A DNA stretch of 64,000 nt from Candidatus Omnitrophota bacterium (GCA_043826565.1 JBDRPX010000015.1:3317-67316); one strand, 5' to 3'; positions 39,132 through 49,514 are shown, counted from the first letter of the stretch. The notes: generated by a model from the sequence alone, not told the origin. Made by a program: numbers and translations.

Positions 39132-41000
39132 TTAATCCATCACTTTATATAGTATTATCGGATATTTCACTCCGCCTTCCCACTCCTTAAGCTTTTTAAA
39201 TATTTCCGGATGTTCCCGCGCCCAGAAATAATCCTTATGCACTGCTCCTTTATTCCAATGCGGAACCCAGGCAAAGAAATAATTTGCCCCGTGTTTTTCA
39301 AGCTGCGCTGCCCATTCTTCATAAGATTGGGCAACAAAACTTTCTTTATATAGAGTTTTATAAGCAGGGACCTGCACAATATCATGTTGTAATCTCTGTC
39401 CATACAAAGGAGTTGTCAGTTCCTGATGACTGTAAGCAATAACGCTTCCGTCAGGAGCATTATCATTCATCCATTCCCAGGCATTAGCAATACTGCCATA
39501 TATCATCTTATAATACTTATATTGTGATACCTTTTTTGTTTTAAAATATTCGCCTGATATATTTGCCTGATACGGAACAAGCCGCGGCAAAGAAGTGATG
39601 AAAGAAAAAAACAAGCAGTACAGAATTAATCCTCCCATGATTTTCTTCTGCCAGGTGTTTAAATCGTCATATACATAAGCAGTAGCAACTGCTGTTATAC
39701 TGCAAATAAATACTATATACCGCGGAACCGGGCAATTATTGGAAATAAGCCAAAAAAAGATAAGCACAGGAAACAACATGAAAATCAATAAGGATTGTTT
39801 GTCTTTTTTTATAACTGATAAGTATATCGAGTAAATAAGGCTTACGATTCCTAGCGCAAACTGTACCCCAAAACCATTTTCTATAGAATAAGCAAACTCC
39901 CCCCTTACCTTTTCCTTTATAGGATACAAAAACCATTCCAAGGGAGTATTCACAAACCATTTTGAGTAATCGGATGCGGAATGCACAGCAATGGTTCCTT
40001 TAAAAAGCTTAACCCCCAGGAGTTTTATGGTGTATGGAAAAACAGGGTTGCCGGTTAAGATCAGATTCCTAATATACCAAAAACCTCCTGCGGCAAATAA
40101 TAAAACCCCTCCGATAATAATATTATTCCGGGAAGTTTTCTGATTATAAGAAAAAATTAGAAATATTAGCCCTATCGGAATAGCAATAATGCCAGCCGGT
40201 TTCATGCCTGCAGACAGTCCCAAAGCAATACAACTTAACATCACAAAAAGAGGTTTTTTTGTTTGCGAATATCCGAGGATAAAGTTTATCCCTGCGACAA
40301 TAAAACATCCGAACATTAAGTCTACGTAGGAAACAGAACATAAAAGCATTACTACCGGGGTGAATAATATTATAGGTATCGTGACAGCTGGGTTCTTTAT
40401 ATTCAGTTTTTTAGCTATACTGTACGTTGAAAGAGCAAAAATAAAAGCAAAAGGTATTTGAATGAGGTTTAGAATATGCATATTCTTACTTGTAATGTAT
40501 GCCCAAAGCATAACAAGCGATCCGTTTTGAGGAAAATAAGAAGTGTCTCTCAGGGGTTGGATCATCGTTAATCTCTCCGTTTTTACCCATTGGGCAACTG
40601 CGAGGAGATGATATGAAATGCTGTCCCAAGCGTATGGAGGAATGAGTAAACTGAGAAAAAAAATAAGGCCGTATGCTATGAGAATGAATTGGAATGCAAG
40701 AACAGTCTCTATTGGTATTGCTTTACAGTAAAAAGAGGATATTAACTTTTTCCATTCAATCTTGCTGCTTGTACATACGAGGATAAACAATGATATTGCG
40801 ATATTTGAGGAAACAACCAATACTGAATTTAAAAATCCAAGGATCCCGAGAATAGCTTGCGTCACTATGATCTGAAAAACAAACAAGGTAAAGCCAGCAA
40901 TTATAATATCACTTTTCTCTTCCAATCTCGTGGCAAAATACTTAAGATAAGAGAATGTAATGAATAATGATATTGATAACAATATGATCAGGTATGCCAT
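39132..41000 (-). CDS. GT-C polytopic glycosyltransferase-like membrane protein
   Basis: WDSISYHL, GLSAGMK, WYIRNLILTGNPVFP, PRY motifs. Confidence 0.78.
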   Translation of the reverse strand: MAYLIILLSISLFITFSYLKYFATRLEEKSDIIIAGFTLFVFQIIVTQAILGILGFLNSVLVVSSNIAISLFILVCTSSKIEWKKLISSFYCKAIPIETVLAFQFILIAYGLIFFLSLLIPPYAWDSISYHLLAVAQWVKTERLTMIQPLRDTSYFPQNGSLVMLWAYITSKNMHILNLIQIPFAFIFALSTYSIAKKLNIKNPAVTIPIILFTPVVMLLCSVSYVDLMFGCFIVAGINFILGYSQTKKPLFVMLSCIALGLSAGMKPAGIIAIPIGLIFLIFSYNQKTSRNNIIIGGVLLFAAGGFWYIRNLILTGNPVFPYTIKLLGVKLFKGTIAVHSASDYSKWFVNTPLEWFLYPIKEKVRGEFAYSIENGFGVQFALGIVSLIYSIYLSVIKKDKQSLLIFMLFPVLIFFWLISNNCPVPRYIVFICSITAVATAYVYDDLNTWQKKIMGGLILYCLFFSFITSLPRLVPYQANISGEYFKTKKVSQYKYYKMIYGSIANAWEWMNDNAPDGSVIAYSHQELTTPLYGQRLQHDIVQVPAYKTLYKESFVAQSYEEWAAQLEKHGANYFFAWVPHWNKGAVHKDYFWAREHPEIFKKLKEWEGGVKYPIILYKVMD

Positions 41001-41152
41001 AATTTAATAAAAAGAGCTCCTATCCCCTGCCAAAAACAATCTGTTAATCCCCAGTGATAATACGAATAAAACAGTATAAATAATATGGCCACCACGAGGA
41101 ACAGGCTGCCGAACAACGCTTCATCCTTTTTTTCTAAAGAATCCTGATTCAC
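40988..41152 (-). CDS. Possible 54-aa membrane peptide
   Basis: GTG-start open frame with one hydrophobic helix, stop overlaps the next gene's start. Confidence 0.35.
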   Translation of the reverse strand: MNQDSLEKKDEALFGSLFLVVAILFILFYSYYHWGLTDCFWQGIGALFIKLWHT

Positions 41153-41234
41153 CTAAAACCTCTTTCGTTTCGAAATATTGTATGTTAAAATTATAATACA
41201 TTTTTGTTAACTTTAACAAATTTAAATTATAATC

Positions 41235-42908
41235 ATGAAAAAACATTCCCCTATACCCAGAGCGCCCTCTCTAAAAAAAGACAATCTTATGTTTATCATT
41301 GTTTTGGGTCTTTGGGTTATTACCATGTTACATTTTGATCCAAAGATTTTGAGATACCTGCAAGAAAATAGTTCCTTATTCTCTCGTAGCTCTGTCATAG
41401 CCTTTGTTGTTTGTGTTAATATCTTTTGGCTATTCGGAATCTATCATCTGACAATCGCGTTTTTTGCCGCATTCATTGCGCGCCCTCCAAAAATCCATAA
41501 AAAAGGACAAAAAGAGAATCAGCCGCGCGTAGCCGTCCTCTATTTAACCATGAATGATTTTAGGGAGGAAGCTATTTGCTCTTGCTTGAAACAAGACTAT
41601 AAAAACTTTGATGTATACATCCTTGATGATAGCACCTCTGTAGAATGGCAAGCAAAAGTTGATCAATTTATCGCTATACATGAAAAGGCTATCCTTATTC
41701 GCAGGCAGACCCGGGAGCATTTTAAAGCCGGGAATCTTAATAATGCTTTCGAACAACTCTATTCGCGGTATGAATATTTTGCCGTTTCCGATTCCGATGG
41801 AATACTTCCAAAAGATTTTATCGGAAAACTTCTCCCTTATTTTTCTCTGGATAAGCAGATCGGCTTTGTTCAGGCCAATCAGCGATGGAACGAAGCTCAG
41901 GATTCTGAATTTGCTAAAGATTTAGGCATAAACACCGATATCCATTGGAAATATTATGTGCCGGCTAAAAATATGTACGGATTCCTTATGTTTTACGGCC
42001 ACGGAGCTATTATCCGAAGTGATGTCTGGAAGAAAGCCGGAGGATTTCCTCATACTATAACTGAAGACATAGCTTTTTCTTCCGTATTAAGAGAAAACGG
42101 CTACTACGGAGTTTTTGCTCCGGAAGTAGTCTGCCTGGAGGATTTTCCTATAGACTACAAATCTTTCCGGATTAGAAATGAACGCTGGATAAAAGGAACA
42201 ACTGAATATCTGTATAAATGGTATCCCCGCCTTCTTTTTTCCCGGAATGCCCCCTGGTCTGAAAAACTTGATGTCCTTGTATCCGCGGGGGTTTTATTAC
42301 AGCCGTTTGTTTTTATCTTATTCTTGTTGCTAGTAAGTATTGTTTTACCGGTAACAACAAAATTGTTTGGCTTACATATCCCTCTTGTAGCAACGTTCTC
42401 TCCTATGAAAGCAATGCTGGCAACTTACTTGTCAGGAATTTATCTGCAAACCAGCTGGACAATGGATTTCTTTTTGATTATGTTAATTGCCGCCTTTGCG
42501 CAATTTGCTCCACTTTTAATCAGTCTTATCAAAGATCCTATTAAAATCACGCGCTATATAGGAAGTTTTTTGTTTGTGTGTTTATCCTCAAGCGTGGCTT
42601 CTTTTGTGAATATATTAACTATCCTGATAACACAAAAAAGTAGATTTTTAGTAACCGGAACAAAAAAGAAAAAAGATACTCTTGAGCATAAGATTATTTA
42701 TTTATTTGAAATAATCTTTTGTGCTTTTCTGATTTTTTCTGCTTTATCTACAGGCAATCTCTGGCTGCTAACAGTAGCCATATCTGTATTTCTTAATCCC
42801 TTTGTTTATAAATCGCATTGGGACGACCCCCTATTAAGTGCGGCTATTTATCTCCCTTCCCTTATTATACTATTAATCATCCTTATGGTATCCGCTGTTT
42901 TAGTATAA
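41235..42908 (+). CDS. GT2 processive glycosyltransferase (cellulose/glucan synthase-like)
   Basis: LDDS, FKAGNLN, DSD, TED, RNERW (QxxRW variant), flanking TM helices. Confidence 0.88.
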   Translation: MKKHSPIPRAPSLKKDNLMFIIVLGLWVITMLHFDPKILRYLQENSSLFSRSSVIAFVVCVNIFWLFGIYHLTIAFFAAFIARPPKIHKKGQKENQPRVAVLYLTMNDFREEAICSCLKQDYKNFDVYILDDSTSVEWQAKVDQFIAIHEKAILIRRQTREHFKAGNLNNAFEQLYSRYEYFAVSDSDGILPKDFIGKLLPYFSLDKQIGFVQANQRWNEAQDSEFAKDLGINTDIHWKYYVPAKNMYGFLMFYGHGAIIRSDVWKKAGGFPHTITEDIAFSSVLRENGYYGVFAPEVVCLEDFPIDYKSFRIRNERWIKGTTEYLYKWYPRLLFSRNAPWSEKLDVLVSAGVLLQPFVFILFLLLVSIVLPVTTKLFGLHIPLVATFSPMKAMLATYLSGIYLQTSWTMDFFLIMLIAAFAQFAPLLISLIKDPIKITRYIGSFLFVCLSSSVASFVNILTILITQKSRFLVTGTKKKKDTLEHKIIYLFEIIFCAFLIFSALSTGNLWLLTVAISVFLNPFVYKSHWDDPLLSAAIYLPSLIILLIILMVSAVLV

Positions 42909-43031
42909 AACAGAAAAATATTGACAAAATAAATCATAATCTGATAAAATTTAATCTATTGCTTTATATTATATGGGGTTATATTAGTGTTTTATGGCAG
43001 ATTAAAAACTACCGAAAAAAGGGAGGGTGCT

Positions 43032-43901
43032 ATGAAGAATCTATCGCGTTTTGTTATGGGAGTCCTGGTTTTTACATTAGCTGTTTTTAGTTTCGGATTT
43101 GTTGCCGGCGAAGTGGTCCTGCAAAAAAAGCTGGATATTGTTAAACAGCGCATCCCTAATCAGTGGTGGAACGGCGGTTGGGATGAAGAAGCTGATTTAC
43201 AAGACATTATCGCGCAATCCGGCAAAGACAAGAGCCAAAAAGCTCAGGCACAGTATTACATTGCCGGACAATACTATTCCAACAGAGAGCACCAAAAAGC
43301 ACTCCAGGAATATCGCAAATTAATAAAAGACTACCCCGATGCCTGGCTGGAATGCCAGAAAGCGCAGTTTGAAATCGGACAGATCAATTTATACAGGTTA
43401 AATGAGCCGGAAGAGGCAATTTATGAATACCGGAAAATAATTGACAATTACGAGAACAGTTTCATGAAACCGAAAGCACAGCTGATGATCGCAAGGGCTT
43501 ATCGCAAACAGCAACAATACGATTCAGCTCTCAAAGAATATTCTAAGGTATTAGAGTTATATCCTGAATACAGCAGCGAAGTAACCGAAACTCACCTGGA
43601 TATCGCGGAGATGAAAATTGTGCAGGCAGTACTGCCGGGAGTAAGCGCAGTGGAAAAAGAAACACTGTTAAACCAAGCAATTCTCTCTTTCAAAAAAGCT
43701 TATGAAATATGCCCGTTAAATCATCCTGAGTTTATGGAAAGAGCTTTAGACGGTGTCTGCCGCGCATTTCGCTGCTTAGACATGAATCTTGTCAGAGCCA
43801 ACAATTTTGTAAAGTTTCAGAAATACGGCGCCGCCGGCGCAGACGGCACAGAAGGAACAGACGATGACCTAATAAATCCTTTGGAGGAAATTAAATCATG
43901 A
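43032..43901 (+). CDS. Exported TPR protein
   Basis: RBS GGGAGGG before ATG 43032; TPR-like AQYYIA/AQFEIG/AQLMIA repeats. Confidence 0.82.
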   Translation: MKNLSRFVMGVLVFTLAVFSFGFVAGEVVLQKKLDIVKQRIPNQWWNGGWDEEADLQDIIAQSGKDKSQKAQAQYYIAGQYYSNREHQKALQEYRKLIKDYPDAWLECQKAQFEIGQINLYRLNEPEEAIYEYRKIIDNYENSFMKPKAQLMIARAYRKQQQYDSALKEYSKVLELYPEYSSEVTETHLDIAEMKIVQAVLPGVSAVEKETLLNQAILSFKKAYEICPLNHPEFMERALDGVCRAFRCLDMNLVRANNFVKFQKYGAAGADGTEGTDDDLINPLEEIKS

Positions 43902-44548
43902 GGACGGCAATTAAGCTATTCATAGTAACAGCATTTATTGTTGTTATTTCGTTTCAGGTGTTAAGCATTGCCGCTTATGCGCCCTTTGATTACACCCCCT
44001 ATGTCGGATATGTCGAGCAGATTGAAGCTCAATTAGCTGCGGCAATGTATCCTGAGGCAATCCTAGGATTGCGATCGGAAGATGAAAAAAGTGAAGAGAA
44101 AGCCCAGACCCTGGCAAGTCAATTAATAAAAGATTATGAACAATTAGAAGTTAGCCCTGCACATAAACAACAGGCAATGGAAGAAGTAGCCATGTTGCTG
44201 TATAGAAAAAAAGATTATGAGCAAGCCTTAATAAAAGCGAAGACGATTTTGGAAGAATACCCGAAAGATTTGGTAGGGTCGAGGGTTTTATGGATATGTT
44301 ATCGGCTAAAAGCACAAACATCCGAAAAGCAAAAAAATTATGGAAAAGCTATAAATGAATATGAAAACATTTTAAGATATCCAGTTTTTGATAATTTTGA
44401 AGCAGCAACATATCATTTAATCGGAAAACTTTATGAGAAAAAAGAAGACAAAGAATCTGCAAAAGTATCCTATCAACATATTATTGATAATTTTCCAAAT
44501 ATGAATCTAACAAAGATCATAAAAAAGAGGATGTCAAATTTAAAATGA
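43898..44548 (+). CDS. Exported TPR protein
   Basis: Signal peptide, TPR-like helices ending YP/FP; ATGA coupling. Confidence 0.8.
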   Translation: MRTAIKLFIVTAFIVVISFQVLSIAAYAPFDYTPYVGYVEQIEAQLAAAMYPEAILGLRSEDEKSEEKAQTLASQLIKDYEQLEVSPAHKQQAMEEVAMLLYRKKDYEQALIKAKTILEEYPKDLVGSRVLWICYRLKAQTSEKQKNYGKAINEYENILRYPVFDNFEAATYHLIGKLYEKKEDKESAKVSYQHIIDNFPNMNLTKIIKKRMSNLK

Positions 44549-46044
44549 AAACTCTAAAAAAAATAAATATTTTTTTACTATCCATTACATTCCTTTTTAT
44601 GTGGGCGCAAAATGTTTCGAGTTGTGAGCAGACAAGATATGCTGACATCTTCACAGAAAAGGATATAATTTCTTATAATGGGGGGAGTACTGAAATTGAC
44701 GTTTACGTTTTTGATATCGAAGAAGACTGGTATGTGGCAGGAGCAACAGTAGATCTGGAATGTTTTAAAAAAGTAGGAGAAGAAGTTACTTGGGTTGTGT
44801 TTGCTTCCGGAGTTACTGAGTATGATTATGAGGGAGGCGAATTTGGGCTACATCATACGACACTAACATTTGAAAATCCATCTAGTTATGGGATACATGA
44901 ACAGGTTATCTCAGCGAAAGAGCTTGAAGGCGGTGATTATTCTTCGGCAAGAATCGATTGCTACGAAGTTAAGATAATTGACCCCACTGAGTATCCGATA
45001 TATGTTGGGAGCAATACAACGGTTTCGCTTTACGCAACAAATTATGCGGGATCGCACGAAGACTACGAAGGAGAATTTACCTGGAGCAAAGTTAGCGGAT
45101 CAGGTGAATTATCAATGGATGTAATTCAAAATGGAAATTTTTCATGTTTGACATTTAGCACAAATACTGGAGGAACATATAAGCTAGAGGTAACTTTTTC
45201 CGGGCCAAAAATGAATGGTTCTGATGAGACTGGAGATATTTATGTGGTTCAAGCTGAATTTTTAAAGGAAGGAACCAGCACCCCCATATCCGAAGCACAT
45301 GTAGGCACAGACGGGAATTCTGCAACAACCCTTGACGGAGAAACAAAACAGATTGATATTAAAATTACGCCTAGTAATATAACAGTTGATTTTGATTTGA
45401 GCAATGGAGAAGTAGCCATAACTCCTACTAGCGGTAGCGGCACGACAACAGTAACCATTACGGGAAAGGGTTCTGGATATTCTGATTCTGAGATAATAGT
45501 TAAAAAAGATGATATGGGATTAGGCTCTTTGGATGTACAAGTACATAAGCCGGATAAGTTAGTTTACCAATACAGCAACTCATTAAGTGCTGCCCCTGGA
45601 GATGTGGGGGCAGGAAACATGTATGTTTTTGATGTAAAAGACATTCAAAATCGTGTTATTCCCAATATTGGAGGATATCGTGTGTATGAACGTATGCATA
45701 TTGATAGAAATGAAGATGGTCTAGAAGGTTATTTTTACTCTAATCTTATAGCAAAGTTAGATTGTAATCCTTATGATGGCATTGTGTTGCCAGACACGGA
45801 AATGTTTAATGATACTCTCCAGCTATGGATTCCAGACTATACAACAACAAGTGATTTATCAGCAGATGGAATCGTCCAATTGCACAATAGTTGGTATTTT
45901 ATGGACATTTATCTTAAAAGTTCTACTTATCAATATACTTGGACACCTATAATACAAGGAACCGCTGTGACAGGATTACAGATGTCGCGGTCTTTACTTA
46001 GCGATTCTCAAAAAGTTACGGAGGCTAATGATGATATCGATTAG
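44545..46044 (+). CDS. Secreted acidic beta-rich (Ig-like) protein
   Basis: Signal peptide, FTWSKVSG PKD-like motif, Thr/Ser/Gly-rich strands. Confidence 0.72.
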   Translation: MKTLKKINIFLLSITFLFMWAQNVSSCEQTRYADIFTEKDIISYNGGSTEIDVYVFDIEEDWYVAGATVDLECFKKVGEEVTWVVFASGVTEYDYEGGEFGLHHTTLTFENPSSYGIHEQVISAKELEGGDYSSARIDCYEVKIIDPTEYPIYVGSNTTVSLYATNYAGSHEDYEGEFTWSKVSGSGELSMDVIQNGNFSCLTFSTNTGGTYKLEVTFSGPKMNGSDETGDIYVVQAEFLKEGTSTPISEAHVGTDGNSATTLDGETKQIDIKITPSNITVDFDLSNGEVAITPTSGSGTTTVTITGKGSGYSDSEIIVKKDDMGLGSLDVQVHKPDKLVYQYSNSLSAAPGDVGAGNMYVFDVKDIQNRVIPNIGGYRVYERMHIDRNEDGLEGYFYSNLIAKLDCNPYDGIVLPDTEMFNDTLQLWIPDYTTTSDLSADGIVQLHNSWYFMDIYLKSSTYQYTWTPIIQGTAVTGLQMSRSLLSDSQKVTEANDDID

Positions 46045-46666
46045 AATGCATAACATATTAATTATTCTGGTTATTTATCTATGTTTATTTGCTGTTTTCT
46101 CTGATTTTTCTTATTCTGAAGTAAAAAACATTAAAGGTGGCAGTACAATTACAGTAATGCCCAGAAAAACAAATAAGCAAGAAAAAGAACGTGTTCTAAA
46201 AGCGTTTGAGAAAAAAAATGTTGATGATATAATGTTAGATATTTATCCACGAAGATATGAAACACAAAACATATTGAAAAGTATTGTTAAATCAAAAGAA
46301 CATAGAGTAGAAACACGTATTTTAGCAGCGCAAATTTTAGGAGAGATAAGGTTAAACTATGATGTAGACATTTTAGTTAAAAATATGCGGCTAGGCTACG
46401 CAAATTCCGCTGAATTTACAGAATTAGATAAGTTTAACTTCCCTGTTGGCTATGCAATAATAAATATCGGCATTCCTGCCCGACTACATTTATTGAATGA
46501 AATAAAAAGCTCTAAAGATGAGGAGATTATTCGCCTTTGCGCGTTTGTACTAATGAAAATCGAGGATCAAGACATTGCAAAAGTTATTCTTGAGCGTGAA
46601 ATCAAAAAGGAAGAACAGATAAATCAGAAGGCTAACCTTGAGAAAGCACTATCATATTTAAAATGA
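46028..46666 (+). CDS. Exported HEAT-like helical protein
   Basis: Signal peptide; RILAAQILGEI, AIINIGIPA. Confidence 0.68.
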   Translation: MMISIRMHNILIILVIYLCLFAVFSDFSYSEVKNIKGGSTITVMPRKTNKQEKERVLKAFEKKNVDDIMLDIYPRRYETQNILKSIVKSKEHRVETRILAAQILGEIRLNYDVDILVKNMRLGYANSAEFTELDKFNFPVGYAIINIGIPARLHLLNEIKSSKDEEIIRLCAFVLMKIEDQDIAKVILEREIKKEEQINQKANLEKALSYLK

Positions 46667-46749
46667 ATCTCTCCTGGCTTTAGTCCGGAGTTTCTCAAAT
46701 TATCCGCCGCAAAACATTGGCGGATAATTTTCGGGAACAAAATGTTTAA

Positions 46750-46944
46750 TTATTTAACAATATAGTTTTTAATATATATCTCAAAAACTCCTTTTTTGAG
46801 TCTAATTTTAACTATCTTTGATTTAACTATCCACATTTTCCTGTAATTCTCCACTAAAACGGCCCTGTCTGTTTCCTTCAGTATGCGCACAGGAAGCCAG
46901 AGATATTCCGATTTTCCAAACAAAAGCCTAATAATCCAAAACAT
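46750..46944 (-). CDS. Small basic hypothetical protein linked to the cassette right end
   Basis: RBS GGAGGGG; ILKETDRAVLV...WI.KS pattern; its first 13 nt are also at 38477-38489. Confidence 0.55.
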   Translation of the reverse strand: MFWIIRLLFGKSEYLWLPVRILKETDRAVLVENYRKMWIVKSKIVKIRLKKGVFEIYIKNYIVK

Positions 46945-46946
46945 AA

Positions 46947-47198
46947 TTACTCCCCTCCTTTTTTTAAATGATTAAGCGCCTTTAGGACGGTTTTCTTGCT
47001 CACTTTAAGACTCTTTGCTATGTCGGGATAGGTCATGCCTAATAAGCGCAATTGAGTTGCCTTTTGGGCTACTTTTTGGTATAAAGGAGGTGGTTGTATC
47101 GGTAATATTTTGATATGTGCGTTAATTTCGGCTGCACATTCGACAGGCTCAGTGTGCCCGGTGGTCACGGTGCGAATTGGTTGCAACTGCGTCCGCCA
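46947..47198 (-). pseudogene. HTH-containing fragment starting at TCCGCCA (right end, copy 2)
   Basis: Paralog of 38492-38743, same length. Confidence 0.65.
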
Positions 47199-47227
47199 AG
47201 CTTTCTTGGCGGATCCGCCAGTTAATA

Positions 47228-47263
47228 AAAACTCCCCTTCCCTAATTATGGGATGGGAGTTTT
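47228..47263 (+). terminator. Probable original tRNA-Ser terminator
   Basis: AAAACTCCC..CCC-loop-GGG..GGGAGTTTT directly after the last TCCGCCA. Confidence 0.6.
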
Positions 47264-47339
47264 ATTTTCCGTTTGTTCTGTTTTTTATAGCCACAAGTTT
47301 TTTTCTTTGTTATAATAGGATTCAATAAAAAGAACCCTT

Positions 47340-49499
47340 ATGGACGAAAAAAAACTATCGTTTAAAGAAAAAGAAAATCCCGCGCGCGCAAAAATTGCCG
47401 GCCAGTTCGCAGCAAATTTCCTGGGACTGCTAAAAGCTATCAGCCTGTATCCTAAAGGACATCAGATGCTCGTTCAGGTGGCGGAAAAATTCTACATACA
47501 CTTAGAACAGCTCTTAACTGAATTCAAAACCCTGACCCTGCAAATCTATGCTAATAATATTTACCTTCTCGATCAATGTATCCACGCGGAAAAAGCCCCG
47601 GGCATCGAAGCTTTTATGGAAGACCTGCAAAAACGTTATATCCGCCAAATCGTTTTTTCCCAGGGAGTAAGCGTTCCTGATCTTACGACATTACTAGATA
47701 TTTTAGGCGCTGACCCAAAAGATATTATTGAAAGAGGCGGAGCAGAAGCAATGCTTGCTAATGCTTCCTCAAAGAATATTCATATAATTGAATATTACTC
47801 GCGCCGGCATATTGATTTTAAGGAAGATGATCTTCTGGCTATTATAAATAGCCGTCTTTTTCGCTTTTTTGTGGACGATCAAATAAAAATACTTACTTAT
47901 GAGCAGACTCTTCAGTTATACGATTTTCTTAAGAACTCTATTTTAATGTGCGAATTATTAAAAGCCGCTTTTAAGTTTATCACGGAAGAGCCTCAGGCAG
48001 AAGCCGCGGAAAGCCAAACAATATTAAAAATATTAAAAAAAATCAACCCCCTAATGCTTGAAGCCGGGCTTTCCGAACACGCGGAAATGAAACATATTGT
48101 CTATGATATAATTTTTTCTTTTGATAAAGAACGCTGTTTCACCCTGGCCTCAGACGACCCGAATGATTCACTTCTTGAGTATGCCGGTGTTCTTCCGGAT
48201 ATTCCTTCCCGGATTGAAGTTGGCGATATTGCTGATTTAACCGCGAAAAAACTCGCTAAAAACCCGGAAGATGACCACGTGATTATCAGTATAAAAACAT
48301 TTCTTTGTAAAATATTTATTAGCCGCAGTGCCTTTTTAGCCTTTCTCCCGGCTTTTAAAAAGAAGCTGGGGGAGAACATCCCCTCTGAAGATAAAGCGCA
48401 TGCCTTGCTTAATGATATCTGCTCCGCTTTTGGCGCCGGCTTTGCCGTAGATGATGATGTCGTCTTGGCCCTAGGGACAGTCACCAGCACAGATAACGAA
48501 GCCATTGTCACGGGATTAAATTTATTACGCACGGTGCACCTGGACATCCAGGAGGTTACCCAGCAAGTCGAAAATTTTGATATCGACACCGGACGGCTGC
48601 TAATCCTGACCGCCGTAATTTCCGCGGAAGATGATCCTGCTCTTTTAGAGATCTTTCTGCGCACATTAATTGACCTATTAACCGATTCCATCAAAACCGA
48701 CAACCCCTCAAGAAATTCCTTAATTGTAGAATTTTTGGCTCAACAAACACAAAAACGCACAGCCGCAGCCAACAAACTTATCATAAATGCCATTAAAACA
48801 CTGCCGGACATTTTATTGGAAACATTGATCATCAGCAGTCTGACTACTCTTACCCCGGATTCTGCGGTGACCTTTTTAGGGCACTTAGCCGTATTATTTG
48901 AGAAACAATTAACCGCGATTCTTATACAGCTATATATTAGCAATGACAGCATTCCGCATCAGGATATTATTTGTAAAGTCATTAGTGATTCCGGGATTTT
49001 AGATTTTGACCGTGATCTGCGCAATGAACCGTCAAAAAATCTTACCCGCATCGTCGATTTGCTCGGACATATTCGAAGCTACAAAGTCCTTCCTTTACTT
49101 TGGGAGGTCACTTTTCACGAAGATATTATTCTGGCGCTTCGCGCGCTTAAGATCCTTGCCGAACATAAATCTCATGATGCTTTTAAATTTATTATTAAGG
49201 CGCTTACACATCCAAATGTTCAGCTGGCGATGGCCAGTATTGACCATTTGGCTTTATTTAAAACCCAGGAGTCTGCCGGACACTTAGCGGCAATCGCCCG
49301 GGGCCGGGAACTTACCGGTAATCCGGAAATGGCACTAACAATGCGCCTGATGGCGATTAGATCTCTGTCTCAAATAGATCATGAGCAAACAAAACAGGTA
49401 CTAAGAAGCATTTTAAAAAATAGGCGTTTCTTAATTATTCCGATAGAACCTAAAAAATTACGGTTATTTGCCGCGGAACAATTAAAAAATATGAACTAA
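47340..49499 (+). CDS. HEAT-repeat protein, typical partner of HD-GYP genes
   Basis: N-term LYPKGH motif, C-terminal HEAT-like repeats. Confidence 0.78.
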   Translation: MDEKKLSFKEKENPARAKIAGQFAANFLGLLKAISLYPKGHQMLVQVAEKFYIHLEQLLTEFKTLTLQIYANNIYLLDQCIHAEKAPGIEAFMEDLQKRYIRQIVFSQGVSVPDLTTLLDILGADPKDIIERGGAEAMLANASSKNIHIIEYYSRRHIDFKEDDLLAIINSRLFRFFVDDQIKILTYEQTLQLYDFLKNSILMCELLKAAFKFITEEPQAEAAESQTILKILKKINPLMLEAGLSEHAEMKHIVYDIIFSFDKERCFTLASDDPNDSLLEYAGVLPDIPSRIEVGDIADLTAKKLAKNPEDDHVIISIKTFLCKIFISRSAFLAFLPAFKKKLGENIPSEDKAHALLNDICSAFGAGFAVDDDVVLALGTVTSTDNEAIVTGLNLLRTVHLDIQEVTQQVENFDIDTGRLLILTAVISAEDDPALLEIFLRTLIDLLTDSIKTDNPSRNSLIVEFLAQQTQKRTAAANKLIINAIKTLPDILLETLIISSLTTLTPDSAVTFLGHLAVLFEKQLTAILIQLYISNDSIPHQDIICKVISDSGILDFDRDLRNEPSKNLTRIVDLLGHIRSYKVLPLLWEVTFHEDIILALRALKILAEHKSHDAFKFIIKALTHPNVQLAMASIDHLALFKTQESAGHLAAIARGRELTGNPEMALTMRLMAIRSLSQIDHEQTKQVLRSILKNRRFLIIPIEPKKLRLFAAEQLKNMN

Positions 49500-49514
49500 A
49501 ACAGGGCCATAAGT

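Larger units (their letters stand above)
38744..47198. mobile_element. tRNA-Ser-integrated cassette 2 (non-autonomous)
   Basis: Same termini as cassette 1, different cargo; TCCGCCA at 47192-47198 and again at 47214-47220. Confidence 0.7.
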
